Shown: one piece after another, positions 34,279 through 44,558 of the stretch
How positions within the stretch are numbered: the stretch's first letter is position 1
Layout of the letters: every line of letters begins with the position of its first letter
From: an uncultured delta proteobacterium
Lineage (GTDB): Bacteria; Desulfobacterota; Binatia; UBA9968
Direction: 5' to 3'
NCBI GenBank assembly: GCA_963816145.1
Contig: CAWFJP010000031.1
Location: forward strand, 64,001-128,000
DNA: 64,000 nt
Notes under the pieces: generated by a model
What the model saw: the letters and a program-made list of their open reading frames with translations, nothing else
Database searches by the model: none
What the model was told of the DNA's origin: nothing
Position numbers and translations under genes: made by a program

Positions 34279-34587
34279 ATGGGTACTAAATTATACGTCG
34301 GCGGTCTGCCCTACTCGGTAACCGAAGGCAAATTACAAGATATTTTCTCAGCACATGGCACCGTCGAATCAGCCAACGTCATTTCCGACAAGTTTACCGG
34401 ACAATCGCGCGGCTTCGGCTTTGTCGAAATGAGTTCCAGCGGCGAAGCGCAAAAAGCCATCGAATCGCTCAACGGTACGCAGCTCGACGGCCGCACGCTA
34501 ACGGTTAATGAAGCCAAGCCAATGGCTCGGCGTGACGGCGGCGGCGGCGGTTCTCGCGATGGCGGCGGCGGTCGCAATCGCTGGTAG
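34279..34587 (+). CDS. RRM RNA-binding protein with Gly-rich tail
   Basis: LYVGGL (RNP2), RGFGFVEM (RNP1); RBS GGAGGA. Confidence 0.95.
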   Translation: MGTKLYVGGLPYSVTEGKLQDIFSAHGTVESANVISDKFTGQSRGFGFVEMSSSGEAQKAIESLNGTQLDGRTLTVNEAKPMARRDGGGGGSRDGGGGRNRW

Positions 34588-34616
34588 GACAGTCTTAATT
34601 AGCTAAACGCTAATTG

Positions 34617-34645
34617 GGGGCAACTGGTCGGGTTGCCCCTTTTTT
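34617..34645 (+). terminator. Intrinsic terminator
   Basis: GGGGCAAC-loop-GTTGCCCC-TTTTTT. Confidence 0.85.
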
Positions 34646-34822
34646 CTTTTCAAACGCGTGCGGTTTCGTTAAGCCAAATCCGGTAGTTCGGATGGACTAC
34701 CCTTTCAGCGCTACCATTCGCAGGATGGCTCGCCCGATCGCTTCACGAATCGACACTCTCCGGTCACGAGGGTTTACGGTAACCTCGCTACCATTCACCT
34801 CACCGCAAACCATGGAGGCTCT

Positions 34823-35191
34823 ATGGCCGAAATCGAATCGGTTAAACAAAGCGCAAATTTACTGCGGACGATCATTCGCAGCATCGACAAGAAACTCGAG
34901 TACAGCCTGGTCGATCCCACTCAAGAAGGCAGATTCTCTTTAAAGCTTACTACCCGCGGACGCGAGGGCTTGGTTTCCATCCGCACCGACGACCTGCGCC
35001 GGGCTGGAGTTGACGATGTACGCAGGAATGGCATCCGGCAGAAAATCAAAAGTGCGCGGGATCATCTCCTGTCGAATTATGTCGTCGACGTCATGGGCAA
35101 AGAAATTGCCAGGATGCTAAAGCAGTCCGGCGCCGGCAAGGATGATAGCAAATCTTCTTTCTTCTACCGGCGTCCACAGGGAAGAAGATAA
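34823..35191 (+). CDS. Hypothetical basic protein
   Basis: GGAGG RBS, 122-aa ORF. Confidence 0.7.
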   Translation: MAEIESVKQSANLLRTIIRSIDKKLEYSLVDPTQEGRFSLKLTTRGREGLVSIRTDDLRRAGVDDVRRNGIRQKIKSARDHLLSNYVVDVMGKEIARMLKQSGAGKDDSKSSFFYRRPQGRR

Positions 35192-35553
35192 CGGCATTAA
35201 TTGTTTCACAGCCGATTCTGACGATGACGAGACAACCGGCAAGATGGGCAGCCAAACCCTTGGTCTGCCCATCTTCACACCCTCATTCCAATCAGCCTTT
35301 AAAAAATCTCCGCTCCAGCTGTTTTACTGTTGAGGCGAATCGTCGATAGCGAGCCGGTTGTGGACCGATTCAATCGGCCACCGGCGTTCGGGAATTCCTG
35401 AAGCAGCGATCGCCGCGAAGCGTCAAACCTAACGCCTTCTGATGGAGTTAGCGGCAAATGATCTCGGGTCCATCGATACCGGGGTCAGCCAGTAAAAATC
35501 CCGTGCCGACCGCTTGATTACCGTGATTTTATCCTCTACTAAAAAATCCCATT

Positions 35554-37320
35554 GTGATTAAGATCAATAAACTTTCCAAGTCGTATTTCGCCCGCGAGCT
35601 TTTCACCGACGTCACTTTTCAGATGAACGCCGGCGAGCGTTTGGGCCTGGTCGGCCGCAACGGCCATGGCAAATCGACGCTCTTCAAACTCATCCTGGGC
35701 GAGGAAGAAGCCGATTCCGGCGAAATTGTTATTCCACGCAACTATCGCATCGGCCATCTCGAACAGTATCTCCACTTTACCCAGCCGACGATCTTGGACG
35801 AAGCGGCCATGGGACTGCCGGAAGACGAAGCTCATTCAATATACAAAGCTGAAGCGATCCTGTTCGGCTTGGGTTTTTCCGAGGCCGATCTGGCAAGAGC
35901 GCCGGGCGAGTTTTCCGGCGGTTTTCAGATCCGTATCAACCTGGCCAAACTCCTGCTTTCCGATCCCAACTTGCTGTTGCTCGACGAACCGACCAACTAC
36001 TTGGACATCACCTCGGTGCGCTGGATCGCCCGGTTTCTGACCAATTTCACAGGCGAGTTGATTTTGATCTCGCATGATCGCGCCTTCATGGACAGCGTGA
36101 CGACGCACACGGCGGTGATCCACCGACAAAAGATTCGCAAATTCGAAGGTGGCACGGCCAAGGCCTATGAGCAGATCGTCCTCGAAGACGAGATCCACGA
36201 GAAGACCCGCGCCAACGAAGACCGCAAGCGCGCACACGCCGAGGCGTTCATCAATCGCTTTCGCGCCCAGGCGTCCAAGGCCAAGATGGTCCAATCGCGC
36301 ATCAAGATGCTCGAACGGCTGCCCAAGCTCGGCGACTTGGCCGAGATCGAGTCGTTGGATTTTGAATTTCGCTACGCCCCCTTCGCCGCGAAGACGTTAA
36401 TTGATGTGCGCAACCTTTCGTTTGGCTATCAGCCCAAACATCTATTGTTCAACAACATCAATCTGTCGATTAACGCGCGCGACCGCATCGGTGTCATCGG
36501 CAACAACGGCAAGGGCAAGTCAACGCTGTTGAACGTTCTCTCCGGGGGTCTGACACCGCTGTCCGGCGAGATTAAAGCTCACCCCGATTTGAAGCTCGGC
36601 TACTTCGGCCAGACCAACATTCAGCGTCTCGACCCCAAGCTGACCATCGAACAAGAGATTCAGAACGCAAACGGCGCTTTGACGCGTACCCAGGTGCGCA
36701 ATATTTGCGGCACGATGATGTTCAGCGGCGACATGGCCTTGAAGAAAGTCACGGTGCTGTCAGGCGGCGAGAAGAGCCGCACGCTGTTGGGCAAGATCCT
36801 GGCCCATCCATCGAATTTGTTATTGTTGGACGAACCGAACAACCATCTCGACATGGAGTCGATCGACGCCTTGATCGAGAGTCTGCAAAACTTTCCCGGC
36901 GCGTTGCTGATCGTCACGCACAACGAAGGCATTCTGCGCGCCCTGGCGACCAAGCTGATCGTGTTTCACCGCGGCAATGTCGATGTAGTCGACGCGGGCT
37001 ACGACGAGTTCCTCGAAAAGATCGGCTGGGAGGACGAGAACCAAGGCGACGGCAAGAGCAACGGCGGCCCGAAGAAGCCGACGACACGATCCAATCGCGA
37101 CGAGAAAAAAGAACAGACAAAGGCCGAGCGCAGGGAAAAAGCCCGCATCGAAAAGCTCGAAGCGGACATTATCAAAAACGAAAACGCGCTAAAGAAATAC
37201 AATGAGCAACTCGTTCTCGAAGCCAACCGCAACAACCTCGCGCAGATGCGCGAGCTGTCGGTAAAGATCAGCCAGGTGAAAAGGGAAATCGAAGATTTGT
37301 TTAGTCAGTATGCCGAGTAG
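35554..37320 (+). CDS. ABC-F family ATPase
   Basis: Two NBDs (GRNGHGKS, GNNGKGKS, LLLDEP), no TM, coiled-coil tail. Confidence 0.95.
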   Translation: MIKINKLSKSYFARELFTDVTFQMNAGERLGLVGRNGHGKSTLFKLILGEEEADSGEIVIPRNYRIGHLEQYLHFTQPTILDEAAMGLPEDEAHSIYKAEAILFGLGFSEADLARAPGEFSGGFQIRINLAKLLLSDPNLLLLDEPTNYLDITSVRWIARFLTNFTGELILISHDRAFMDSVTTHTAVIHRQKIRKFEGGTAKAYEQIVLEDEIHEKTRANEDRKRAHAEAFINRFRAQASKAKMVQSRIKMLERLPKLGDLAEIESLDFEFRYAPFAAKTLIDVRNLSFGYQPKHLLFNNINLSINARDRIGVIGNNGKGKSTLLNVLSGGLTPLSGEIKAHPDLKLGYFGQTNIQRLDPKLTIEQEIQNANGALTRTQVRNICGTMMFSGDMALKKVTVLSGGEKSRTLLGKILAHPSNLLLLDEPNNHLDMESIDALIESLQNFPGALLIVTHNEGILRALATKLIVFHRGNVDVVDAGYDEFLEKIGWEDENQGDGKSNGGPKKPTTRSNRDEKKEQTKAERREKARIEKLEADIIKNENALKKYNEQLVLEANRNNLAQMRELSVKISQVKREIEDLFSQYAE

Positions 37321-37571
37321 CAGCCGCCAATGGAGTTTGTCCGGTTAAGAAAACTCCCACCCTGGCGAGACTTCGCCCGACGCTTCGGCGAATAAAGGAA
37401 ATTGATCGTACGCAGGCGATCATGCTCTCAGGGCTCTCGTCTGATCACACCAGATAAATCATCGCTGCCGAACCGCCGCCGGCGCAAGACATCGCCTTGA
37501 CAAGCCGCGCGCCCTTCGGTAGCTCACCATCATATTCGCACTAACCCGAGTCGGCCACCCAAGGAGGCATC

Positions 37572-38707
37572 ATGTATCGGAGACCTGAAACCAAAGCGGC
37601 GGAAGAAAAGGTTTACAAACAGAAACAGATCGGCGAGTTCATGACCACCTGGAAGGATTTTCCCAGGCCAGGGCTCGCGGCGTGGGCGGAGCGCCGGAAG
37701 GCCGGTTTGATGGGCACGGCGAAGAGCACGCATTACACGCCGAGGTTCCGCCCCTTCGACATGCTAAGCATCCCCAATCAATCGATGGTGATCCTGGAGA
37801 ACGAGTATCACCGCATCGGCGTCGAGAGCGTCGTGGGCGTCCAGGACGCATTTCATCGCTACGTCGACTCGGACATGATCTATTTCCAATTTTGCGGCAG
37901 CAGCAAAGTGGAAACCGAGTTCGGCGTCTACGAAATGGAGCCCGGTGAAGTGTTGCTGGTTCCCGGCGGCATCGCCCATCGCTCCATCGGCCGCAATGAC
38001 AGCCTGCGCTACTTCTGTCAAAGCCACGAGGCGGTGGACTACGTGATGAACGAGGACCAGTACACGAGCCAGACTAGCTTCGTGGTCAAGCGCATCGGCG
38101 GTCCCAATTGGACCGCGCCGCAGGAGGCGAATGCGCCGGCGAATGGGCGGTTATGGAAAAGATGCATTTCTGGGACGACGGCCTGGACGACCGGACGGTG
38201 GTGGAGCGCGATTACGAATCGCTCGTCGGCGTCGCCGGAATAGGACGCGGCAAGCCGGGAAGTCTGGTCCGCAAGCTGCGCGCCTTCGATCATTTTACGG
38301 CCGTCGTCGGCAAGGGGCGCGAAGACGCCGGCACCCAAGCGCTGATGGAATCGGCCAATATGCGGATACGCACCTACAACATGCAGGACGAGCAATTCGC
38401 CTTTCATCGGGCGCTGCGCAGCGAGGAAGTGCGGATTCAGTTCCGCGGCGATGCGCTCGACCTTTCCGAGTTCGAGAACGTCGAAGTTTCTCCCGGCGAG
38501 ATCACCATCATCCCGCTCGGCATCTCGCACAGTGTGATCAGCGTCCCGCCGGAAGATGAGAACTTTCTCCGGCTCAACTTCTACAGCAAGGTTCGCTGGC
38601 GCGTCCCTATCGATCCGACCAAGCATTATTTCAACAGCAAATTCCAGATTACGACGACGGTGCACAAGCAGGCCGAGTGGCGGGAGAAACTTGCGGCGGC
38701 GCGGTGA
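37572..38707 (+). CDS. Bicupin, homogentisate-dioxygenase-like protein, frameshift near 38150
   Basis: Two homologous cupin halves (FHRYVDSD...GIAH and FHRALRSE...GISH) in overlapping ORFs. Confidence 0.65.
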
Positions 38708-38967
38708 GCGGATTCGCTCCCTGCTCAGCATGGGTGGACTGATCGAAGGATCACAACTCGGCGCCATGCCACGAATTCTTGCGCCACGGGAGAGGTAAGG
38801 ATGCAAAACTTGTCTCGATCTACTTGAAACTGGATCCTGTTGGAATCTTTGCAACGTTCGTTTTGTCTGTCCTCTTCCAACGGACTGATCATCGTTCGGC
38901 ATTACGATCCCCGCGCGTGATGTTGGGTAACTGGACCTGCTTCCCCTATCCGTGCTTAAGCTACACC

Positions 38968-40149
38968 ATGACGATCCCCTTCACGCCGCGCTGGTATTTC
39001 TTCGTCGCGCTGGTCTCCATCACCTTCATCGGGCCGCTCTCGCTCCATCTTTTCATCCCGGCGATGTCGGTGGTGAAGGAAGCCTTCGGGGTCTCGACCG
39101 GCATGGCGCAGCTGACGATGTCGCTTGCGATGCTATCGATGGCTTGCTTCACGGTCGCCTACGGCGGCTTGTCCGACCGCTTCGGGCGCAAGCGCGTGCT
39201 GTTGGGCGGGCTGGTGCTGTTCACCTGCGGCGCCGCCACTTGCATGTTCGCTGCCAACCTGCCGATGCTGCTCGCAGGTCGCATATTGCAGGGAGCGGGG
39301 GCGGGGTGCGGCGTCGTGCTGGCGCGCGCCATCGCCCGCGATGTATACGGCCAGGACCGCGTTGCCCAGGTGATCGCCTATCTCACCGCCGCCTACGTGC
39401 TGGGGCCGATGGTGGCGCCGCCGATCGGCGGCCAGCTTACTACACTGTTCGGTTGGCGCGCGCTGTTTGTGTTGGCGTCGGCGGTCGGGCTGCTCGTGAT
39501 CCTCGCGGTGGCTTTCGCGGTGCCGGAAACCCGCGCGCGCAATGTCGCCGCGCCACGCGGCGTTTACTCCGGTTACAAGTCATTGTTGCGGCGGCGGCGC
39601 TTCGTCTGCTTCCTGCTGCAGCCCGGACTAATGTCGGGGGCCTTCTACACCCAAGCGACCGCGGCGTCGTTCCTCGCCGCCGAACATCTCGGCGCCGATG
39701 CCGCCAAGATCGGCTTGTGGTTCTTCGCCTTCCCGATCGGCTTCATGACCGGGAGTTTCATCTCGGGCCGAATCGGCGCCAACCGTTCGATTGAATTCAT
39801 GACCATGCTCGGCGGCGTGGTGGGGGTCGCCAACGGTGCGCTGCTCGCCGCGTGGCTCTATTTTGGCGGCATCTCGATGGCCGCACTCTACATCCCGGGA
39901 GTCTTCGTCAGTCTCGCTCAAGGGCTCTCCATGCCCTATGCCCAGGCCGGCGCGATGGCGGTCGACACCGAGCTTGCCGGTTCGGCTTCGGGCGCGGTGG
40001 TGTTCTCGCAGTTTTTCTGGCCGGCCGCGTTGCAGCAACTCACCGGACTGCTGGCCGACGGTACCTGGGTGCCGATGGCGGCGGTGCACTTTGCCGCAGT
40101 GACTGCCGCGCTGCTCGCCGGCTGGATGGCGGCGCGGGCTGAGACGTGA
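38968..40149 (+). CDS. Bcr/CflA family multidrug MFS transporter
   Basis: YGGLSDRFGRKRVL, GRILQG, ARAIARD, APPIGG. Confidence 0.92.
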   Translation: MTIPFTPRWYFFVALVSITFIGPLSLHLFIPAMSVVKEAFGVSTGMAQLTMSLAMLSMACFTVAYGGLSDRFGRKRVLLGGLVLFTCGAATCMFAANLPMLLAGRILQGAGAGCGVVLARAIARDVYGQDRVAQVIAYLTAAYVLGPMVAPPIGGQLTTLFGWRALFVLASAVGLLVILAVAFAVPETRARNVAAPRGVYSGYKSLLRRRRFVCFLLQPGLMSGAFYTQATAASFLAAEHLGADAAKIGLWFFAFPIGFMTGSFISGRIGANRSIEFMTMLGGVVGVANGALLAAWLYFGGISMAALYIPGVFVSLAQGLSMPYAQAGAMAVDTELAGSASGAVVFSQFFWPAALQQLTGLLADGTWVPMAAVHFAAVTAALLAGWMAARAET

Positions 40150-40229
40150 CCCGACGCCGGCTCGTAAACTCCCTTAACCAGCAAAGGTCGCTTGGTTTGA
40201 CCATTAATCCATTACCGCGGTATTTAAGC

Positions 40230-40493
40230 ATGGCATTGGCGCTCTCAAAAGTTACGGCTCAGGGACAGATTTCCGTTCCGATGGAAGTGCGACGAAAACC
40301 CGGGATCGGCCCGGGCTCGGCGCTGGAATGGGAGGAGCAAGGCGACGCCGTCGTCGTTGGCAAAGCCGGCCCGTATACGTCGGAAGACATTCATTGGGCA
40401 ATCTTTGCGCAACCGGTACCGGCTGCGAAGAAGGTAGAAGAGTTCGATCAAGGCGTGCGGCGTTATCTGAAGAAAAAACATGCGCGCCGTTGA
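40230..40493 (+). CDS. AbrB/MazE-type antitoxin
   Basis: SKVTAQGQISVPMEVRRK.GIGPG. Confidence 0.85.
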   Translation: MALALSKVTAQGQISVPMEVRRKPGIGPGSALEWEEQGDAVVVGKAGPYTSEDIHWAIFAQPVPAAKKVEEFDQGVRRYLKKKHARR

Positions 40494-40863
40494 CACCAAC
40501 GTCTTGGTCCGTCTGGTCACGCTCGACGACCATGCAGGTTGCTGCCGCGGAATCATTCGTGAGTAAAGGGGCATGGGTATCTACGCTGGTTCTCATGGAA
40601 GCGACATGGGTTCTTACTGCTGTGTACGACCTGACTCGCGCGGAAATCGCGACGGTCATCGACATGCTTTTGCATACCGAGATCTCACCACTCAAGAGTC
40701 CGATAGCGTGGCCGCAGCACTCGAGTAGTATCGCAACCGCCCGACGTTGGGGTTCGCCGATAGTTTGGTCCTCGAAATAGCGCGGAAAGCCGGCCACCTT
40801 CCGTTGGGAACCTTCGACCGAAATCTCTGCAAACTCGACGGAGCCGAAGGACCGGAGCTTTAA
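40480..40863 (+). pseudogene. PIN-domain (VapC) toxin, frameshifted
   Basis: MRAVDTNVLVRL / VLMEATWVL / GFADSLVLEIARKAGHLPLGTFDRNL spread over different frames. Confidence 0.8.
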
Positions 40864-41013
40864 CGAATCCTTCCCTGCTGTCCGCTCGTCACGGCTGATA
40901 ACATTATTCAAGATAGCAATGGGGTTGGTTTAGAAATCACCGCCGCAAGATTGTTTAGATATCCGGACCCCCAAACACCTCACCTCAATTCCACCGCGCG
41001 ATAACTTTCTCAC

Positions 41014-41580
41014 TTACGGTGAGATCCGCAGCTTCGGATGATGGCGCCGAAAGTAGACCGCCATGGCACCCGCCGCGAGTAGATTGCCTAGCAGGACCGA
41101 CGGCCATGTCAGAGCTCGCAATATGGGTTCGGCAAAAACCATTGTGGCGGCGACAAATCCAAATTCAAAGATAATGAACAGCAGTAAGATGCCGAATCCG
41201 TAGTTAAGATCACGCTCCGCGAGCGAGAGGAGTTTCGAGGCCATTCCGCCAATCACACAAAACACTAAACCGTGAATCCAAGAATAGAATATGACGAACT
41301 CCATCGAGATCGGAACCGTCGCAGATTCACGGACGGCTCCGGAAAGAGACAGCGCGGCGCCCAAAACGTTGGGTGTGTAAAACGGTCTACCGTTATAAAG
41401 ATCGAGGATGAAAAACCATACGGCAATCGTCGCCGCGCCAATCAGGCCGGCAACGAGACCTTCGACGTACACGCGAGAAATCTCTGAAGATTCAGAAACG
41501 ACGGTGGGTGTGTTCGTGGTGTGAGATTGAAGCGCCATAAGAGCTCCTTCCCGGGCTTGATGGCCCCGTTCACAGCACAA
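41014..41580 (-). CDS. Hypothetical multi-pass membrane protein
   Basis: EGLVAGLIGAATIAVWF...PFYTP...LGNLLAA; the true start is probably MALQ. Confidence 0.75.
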   Translation of the reverse strand: MCCERGHQAREGALMALQSHTTNTPTVVSESSEISRVYVEGLVAGLIGAATIAVWFFILDLYNGRPFYTPNVLGAALSLSGAVRESATVPISMEFVIFYSWIHGLVFCVIGGMASKLLSLAERDLNYGFGILLLFIIFEFGFVAATMVFAEPILRALTWPSVLLGNLLAAGAMAVYFRRHHPKLRISP

Positions 41581-41687
41581 CAGCAGCCGCTCGATAGCTA
41601 TCCTCTACCAGGCAAAACGCTAGCATCCACCTCCCGCGTGGTCAATATATAAAAAGTCCCGACGCATGCGTGACCCCGGTAACCAGC

Positions 41688-41923
41688 CCCGGGAATTTTC
41701 GTCGGCCTCGCCCAGGGGCTCGCCATGCCCTGCGCTCAACAGCGAGCTTGCCGGCTCGGCCTCGGGCGCGGTGGTGTTCTCGCAGCTGTTCTGGCCGGCC
41801 GCGCTGCAGCAGCTCACCGGGCTGCTCGCCGACGGTACCTGGGCGCCGATGGCGACGGTACATTTCTTCGCCGTGACGGGAGCTCTGCTCGCCGGCCGGA
41901 TGGCGGCGCGGGCTAAGGACTAG
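41688..41923 (+). repeat. Diverged duplicate of the 3' end of the Bcr/CflA gene (39894-40149)
   Basis: Encodes SELAGSASGAVVFSQLFWPAALQQLTGLLADGTW; many third-position changes and a ~20-nt deletion. Confidence 0.9.
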
Positions 41924-41978
41924 CCCTTAAAAATAGCGGCAACCTGAACCCATGACCCTCAGCGTTTTGTTTCCAATT

Positions 41979-43037
41979 CTAGACCTTCGCTTCGAGAATG
42001 AGATTGAACGGCGTCGATTTGGCTTTTCTGAAATCGCGAAAACCGGCTTTCGTGAACACGCTGGCTAATCGCGCCTCACCGGCCTGAGCGCCGAGAGCGG
42101 CCGCGCCATCCTCCGATAGCGAGTGCGCGCAGCAAAGGGTTGTCGAAGCCGAGTAGTAAAGACGGCCCACCGTGTTCAGGTTTTCTTCGACTCGATCGTT
42201 GGCGAAGGGCTCGACCAACATCACCGTACCGTCCTCGGCCAGCGCGCTTTTGGCATGCCGCGCGGCGCCCACGGGGTCGCCCATGTCGTGCAAACAGTCA
42301 AAGAAACAGATCAAGTCAAAACCTTCAGCGGGATAACTCATGGCGCCGGCCACTTCGAAGCTAACACTATTTGCGGTCTTCGTATTGCGCGCCAGGTTGC
42401 GGGCGCTTTCGATCGATTTGCCGTGATAATCGAAGCCCCAAAAGCGCGACTGCGGAAACGCTTCGGCCATGAGGATGGTGGAATGACCATGACCGCAGCC
42501 CACATCGGCAACTTTGGCGCCGGCGCGCAGTTTTTTCTCCACGCCGCGGAGAGCCGGAAGCCACTCGCGAACCAAACTGTTCCGGTAGCCGTTGCGATAA
42601 AAAGCCGCGACGCCGCAAAAGAGACGCTGATTGTGCTCGTCCCAGGCGACGCCATTGCCGGTGCGAAAGGCATCGATCGACTTCTCTTCGTCCAAAAACA
42701 TGGAAGCGGGTACTTCCCACGCAGGCGGCATAAATACCGGGCTGTCGTCTTCAGCCAATACCAGTGACTGCTCCGGCGTGAGTTCGTAGGTGGCGCTCGT
42801 GGCATGATAGACAACATAGCCGGCCGCCGCCTGGCTATTGAGCCATTCGCGCACGTAGCGCTCCGCGCAGCCCGAGCGCTTGGCGACTTCCGATGAATCG
42901 AGCGGTCCGGCGTGCGCCATGGCCTTGTAAAGCCCGAGCTTGTGTCCCAGCACGGTCATGACACCGCCATAACCGGCGGCTAAATCGGCGACTGCTTTTT
43001 CGACGAATTCATTGAGCTTTCGCTCGTCGATCTTCAT
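41979..43037 (-). CDS. wHTH-SAM methyltransferase (Rv2258c-like)
   Basis: ERYVREWL, DVGCGHG, FDCLHDMGDP, LGAQAGE. Confidence 0.92.
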   Translation of the reverse strand: MKIDERKLNEFVEKAVADLAAGYGGVMTVLGHKLGLYKAMAHAGPLDSSEVAKRSGCAERYVREWLNSQAAAGYVVYHATSATYELTPEQSLVLAEDDSPVFMPPAWEVPASMFLDEEKSIDAFRTGNGVAWDEHNQRLFCGVAAFYRNGYRNSLVREWLPALRGVEKKLRAGAKVADVGCGHGHSTILMAEAFPQSRFWGFDYHGKSIESARNLARNTKTANSVSFEVAGAMSYPAEGFDLICFFDCLHDMGDPVGAARHAKSALAEDGTVMLVEPFANDRVEENLNTVGRLYYSASTTLCCAHSLSEDGAAALGAQAGEARLASVFTKAGFRDFRKAKSTPFNLILEAKV

Positions 43038-43150
43038 GATAAAATCCTCCTCGCACAAAATTTGTTGTGCATGAAGATAACCTCACTCGGCGCGCGAGGG
43101 GAGAGGCAGTTTGCGCAAAATGGGTCCGTTTAGGCCATGAAGGACGAAAA

Positions 43151-44173
43151 ATGAAAGCAGGTCCGAAGAACGTACGCGTCCGCCTTGTGGCGATTCCGGA
43201 GGTCATGGCTTCGACGTTGATGGGTCTTTATGACGTGTTGAACTCGTTGGCTTTGCTCAGCACTTACAGCGAAGGTTTGGCCGGACGTGCTCGCTTCGAC
43301 GCCGAGATCGTCGCCACCACCGCGGGTAGGCTCGCCTCCGCGAGCGGAGTGCCCATCGAAGCCAGGCGTTCAATCGAGCAAATCGATTCGGCGGACGTGA
43401 TCATCATTCCATCGATCCTGGTCGAGCGGGGAGAGTGGCAACAGGGTAGATATCCGGCGATCGTAAAGTGGCTAACCGATATGCATGCTGCGGGAGCGCA
43501 ACTGTGCTCCGCCTGCTCTGGCGTGCTGTTGCTCGCGGAGACCGGTCTGCTCGACGGCAAAGATGCGACGGTTCACTGGATGTACGCGGCGACGTTTCGC
43601 CGGAATTTCCCCAACGTGCGGCTGCGGTTGGACCGGGCGCTGGTCGCCGCCGGAAAACATCAGGAGTTTCTCATGTCCGGCGCCTCCACCTCGTGGCACG
43701 ATCTCGTTCTTTATCTGATTGCCCAACACGCGGGACCGACGGCGGCTCAAGCCGTGGCGAAGTTCTTCGCGTTTCAATGGCATGCCGATGGTCTCTCGCC
43801 CTATGTCGTATTCGAGCCGGTGACCGATCATGGCGACGCCGCGATTCACAAAGCGCAAAGCTGGCTGAGCCGCCATTTCTCGGTCGCCAATCCCATCGAA
43901 CAGGCGGCCCGCGTCTCAGGGATTCCCGAGCGCAGTTTCAAGCGGCGCTTCAAGAGCGCCACCGGGCACGCCCCCATCGATTACGTTCAGCGGCTGCGCG
44001 TTGAAGAGGCCAAGCGACGGCTCGAACGAACCGGGGAGCCGGTGGATGAGATCAGCTGGAAGGTTGGCTACGAAGACCCCGCCTTTTTTCGCCGGTTATT
44101 CAAGCGGATCACGGGCGTGACCGCCGGGGCATATCGACGCAAATTTCACATCCCTGAAGTCGAGATCGTTTGA
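43151..44173 (+). CDS. GlxA family (DJ-1/AraC) transcriptional regulator
   Basis: SACSG, GLLDG.ATVHW, AraC HTH VGYEDPAFFRRLFKR. Confidence 0.94.
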   Translation: MKAGPKNVRVRLVAIPEVMASTLMGLYDVLNSLALLSTYSEGLAGRARFDAEIVATTAGRLASASGVPIEARRSIEQIDSADVIIIPSILVERGEWQQGRYPAIVKWLTDMHAAGAQLCSACSGVLLLAETGLLDGKDATVHWMYAATFRRNFPNVRLRLDRALVAAGKHQEFLMSGASTSWHDLVLYLIAQHAGPTAAQAVAKFFAFQWHADGLSPYVVFEPVTDHGDAAIHKAQSWLSRHFSVANPIEQAARVSGIPERSFKRRFKSATGHAPIDYVQRLRVEEAKRRLERTGEPVDEISWKVGYEDPAFFRRLFKRITGVTAGAYRRKFHIPEVEIV

Positions 44174-44558
44174 ACCAAGCGAGCGACACGGAGCGTCTGG
44201 CACGAGCTTGGTTTTTGAGAAGTTATCGAAGCCATTCTTGCGCTGCGCGTCTCGTCCGTCCGGCAGAGCAGGTTGAGGAAGTACCGCGATCCTATGGCGC
44301 TCTTGGGGTGCCTAGGCCGATCTCTTCAGATTCTCTTCTCGCTGTGGCGGCGGCTCCGACCTCGCCAGGAACGTCACCCAGATCCGTGTCGCCAGCCCAC
44401 GCAGCTGGGGCCGGTCCTCGCAAAAATAGATAATCCGGAAGCCGATGGCGCGCAGCGCTTGGCGAATCCTTGCCGTCATAGGAGTGAAATTTTTACTCCG
44501 TTGTTTCGCTACTGCCAAGCAAAACAAGATCGGCTCGAATCCGACACGTCCGTGGATG

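Noticed and set aside
35241-35275. Strong hairpin as an ncRNA
   Set aside because: It is an isolated stem 50 nt after a stop codon and is adequately explained as a terminator or stabiliser.
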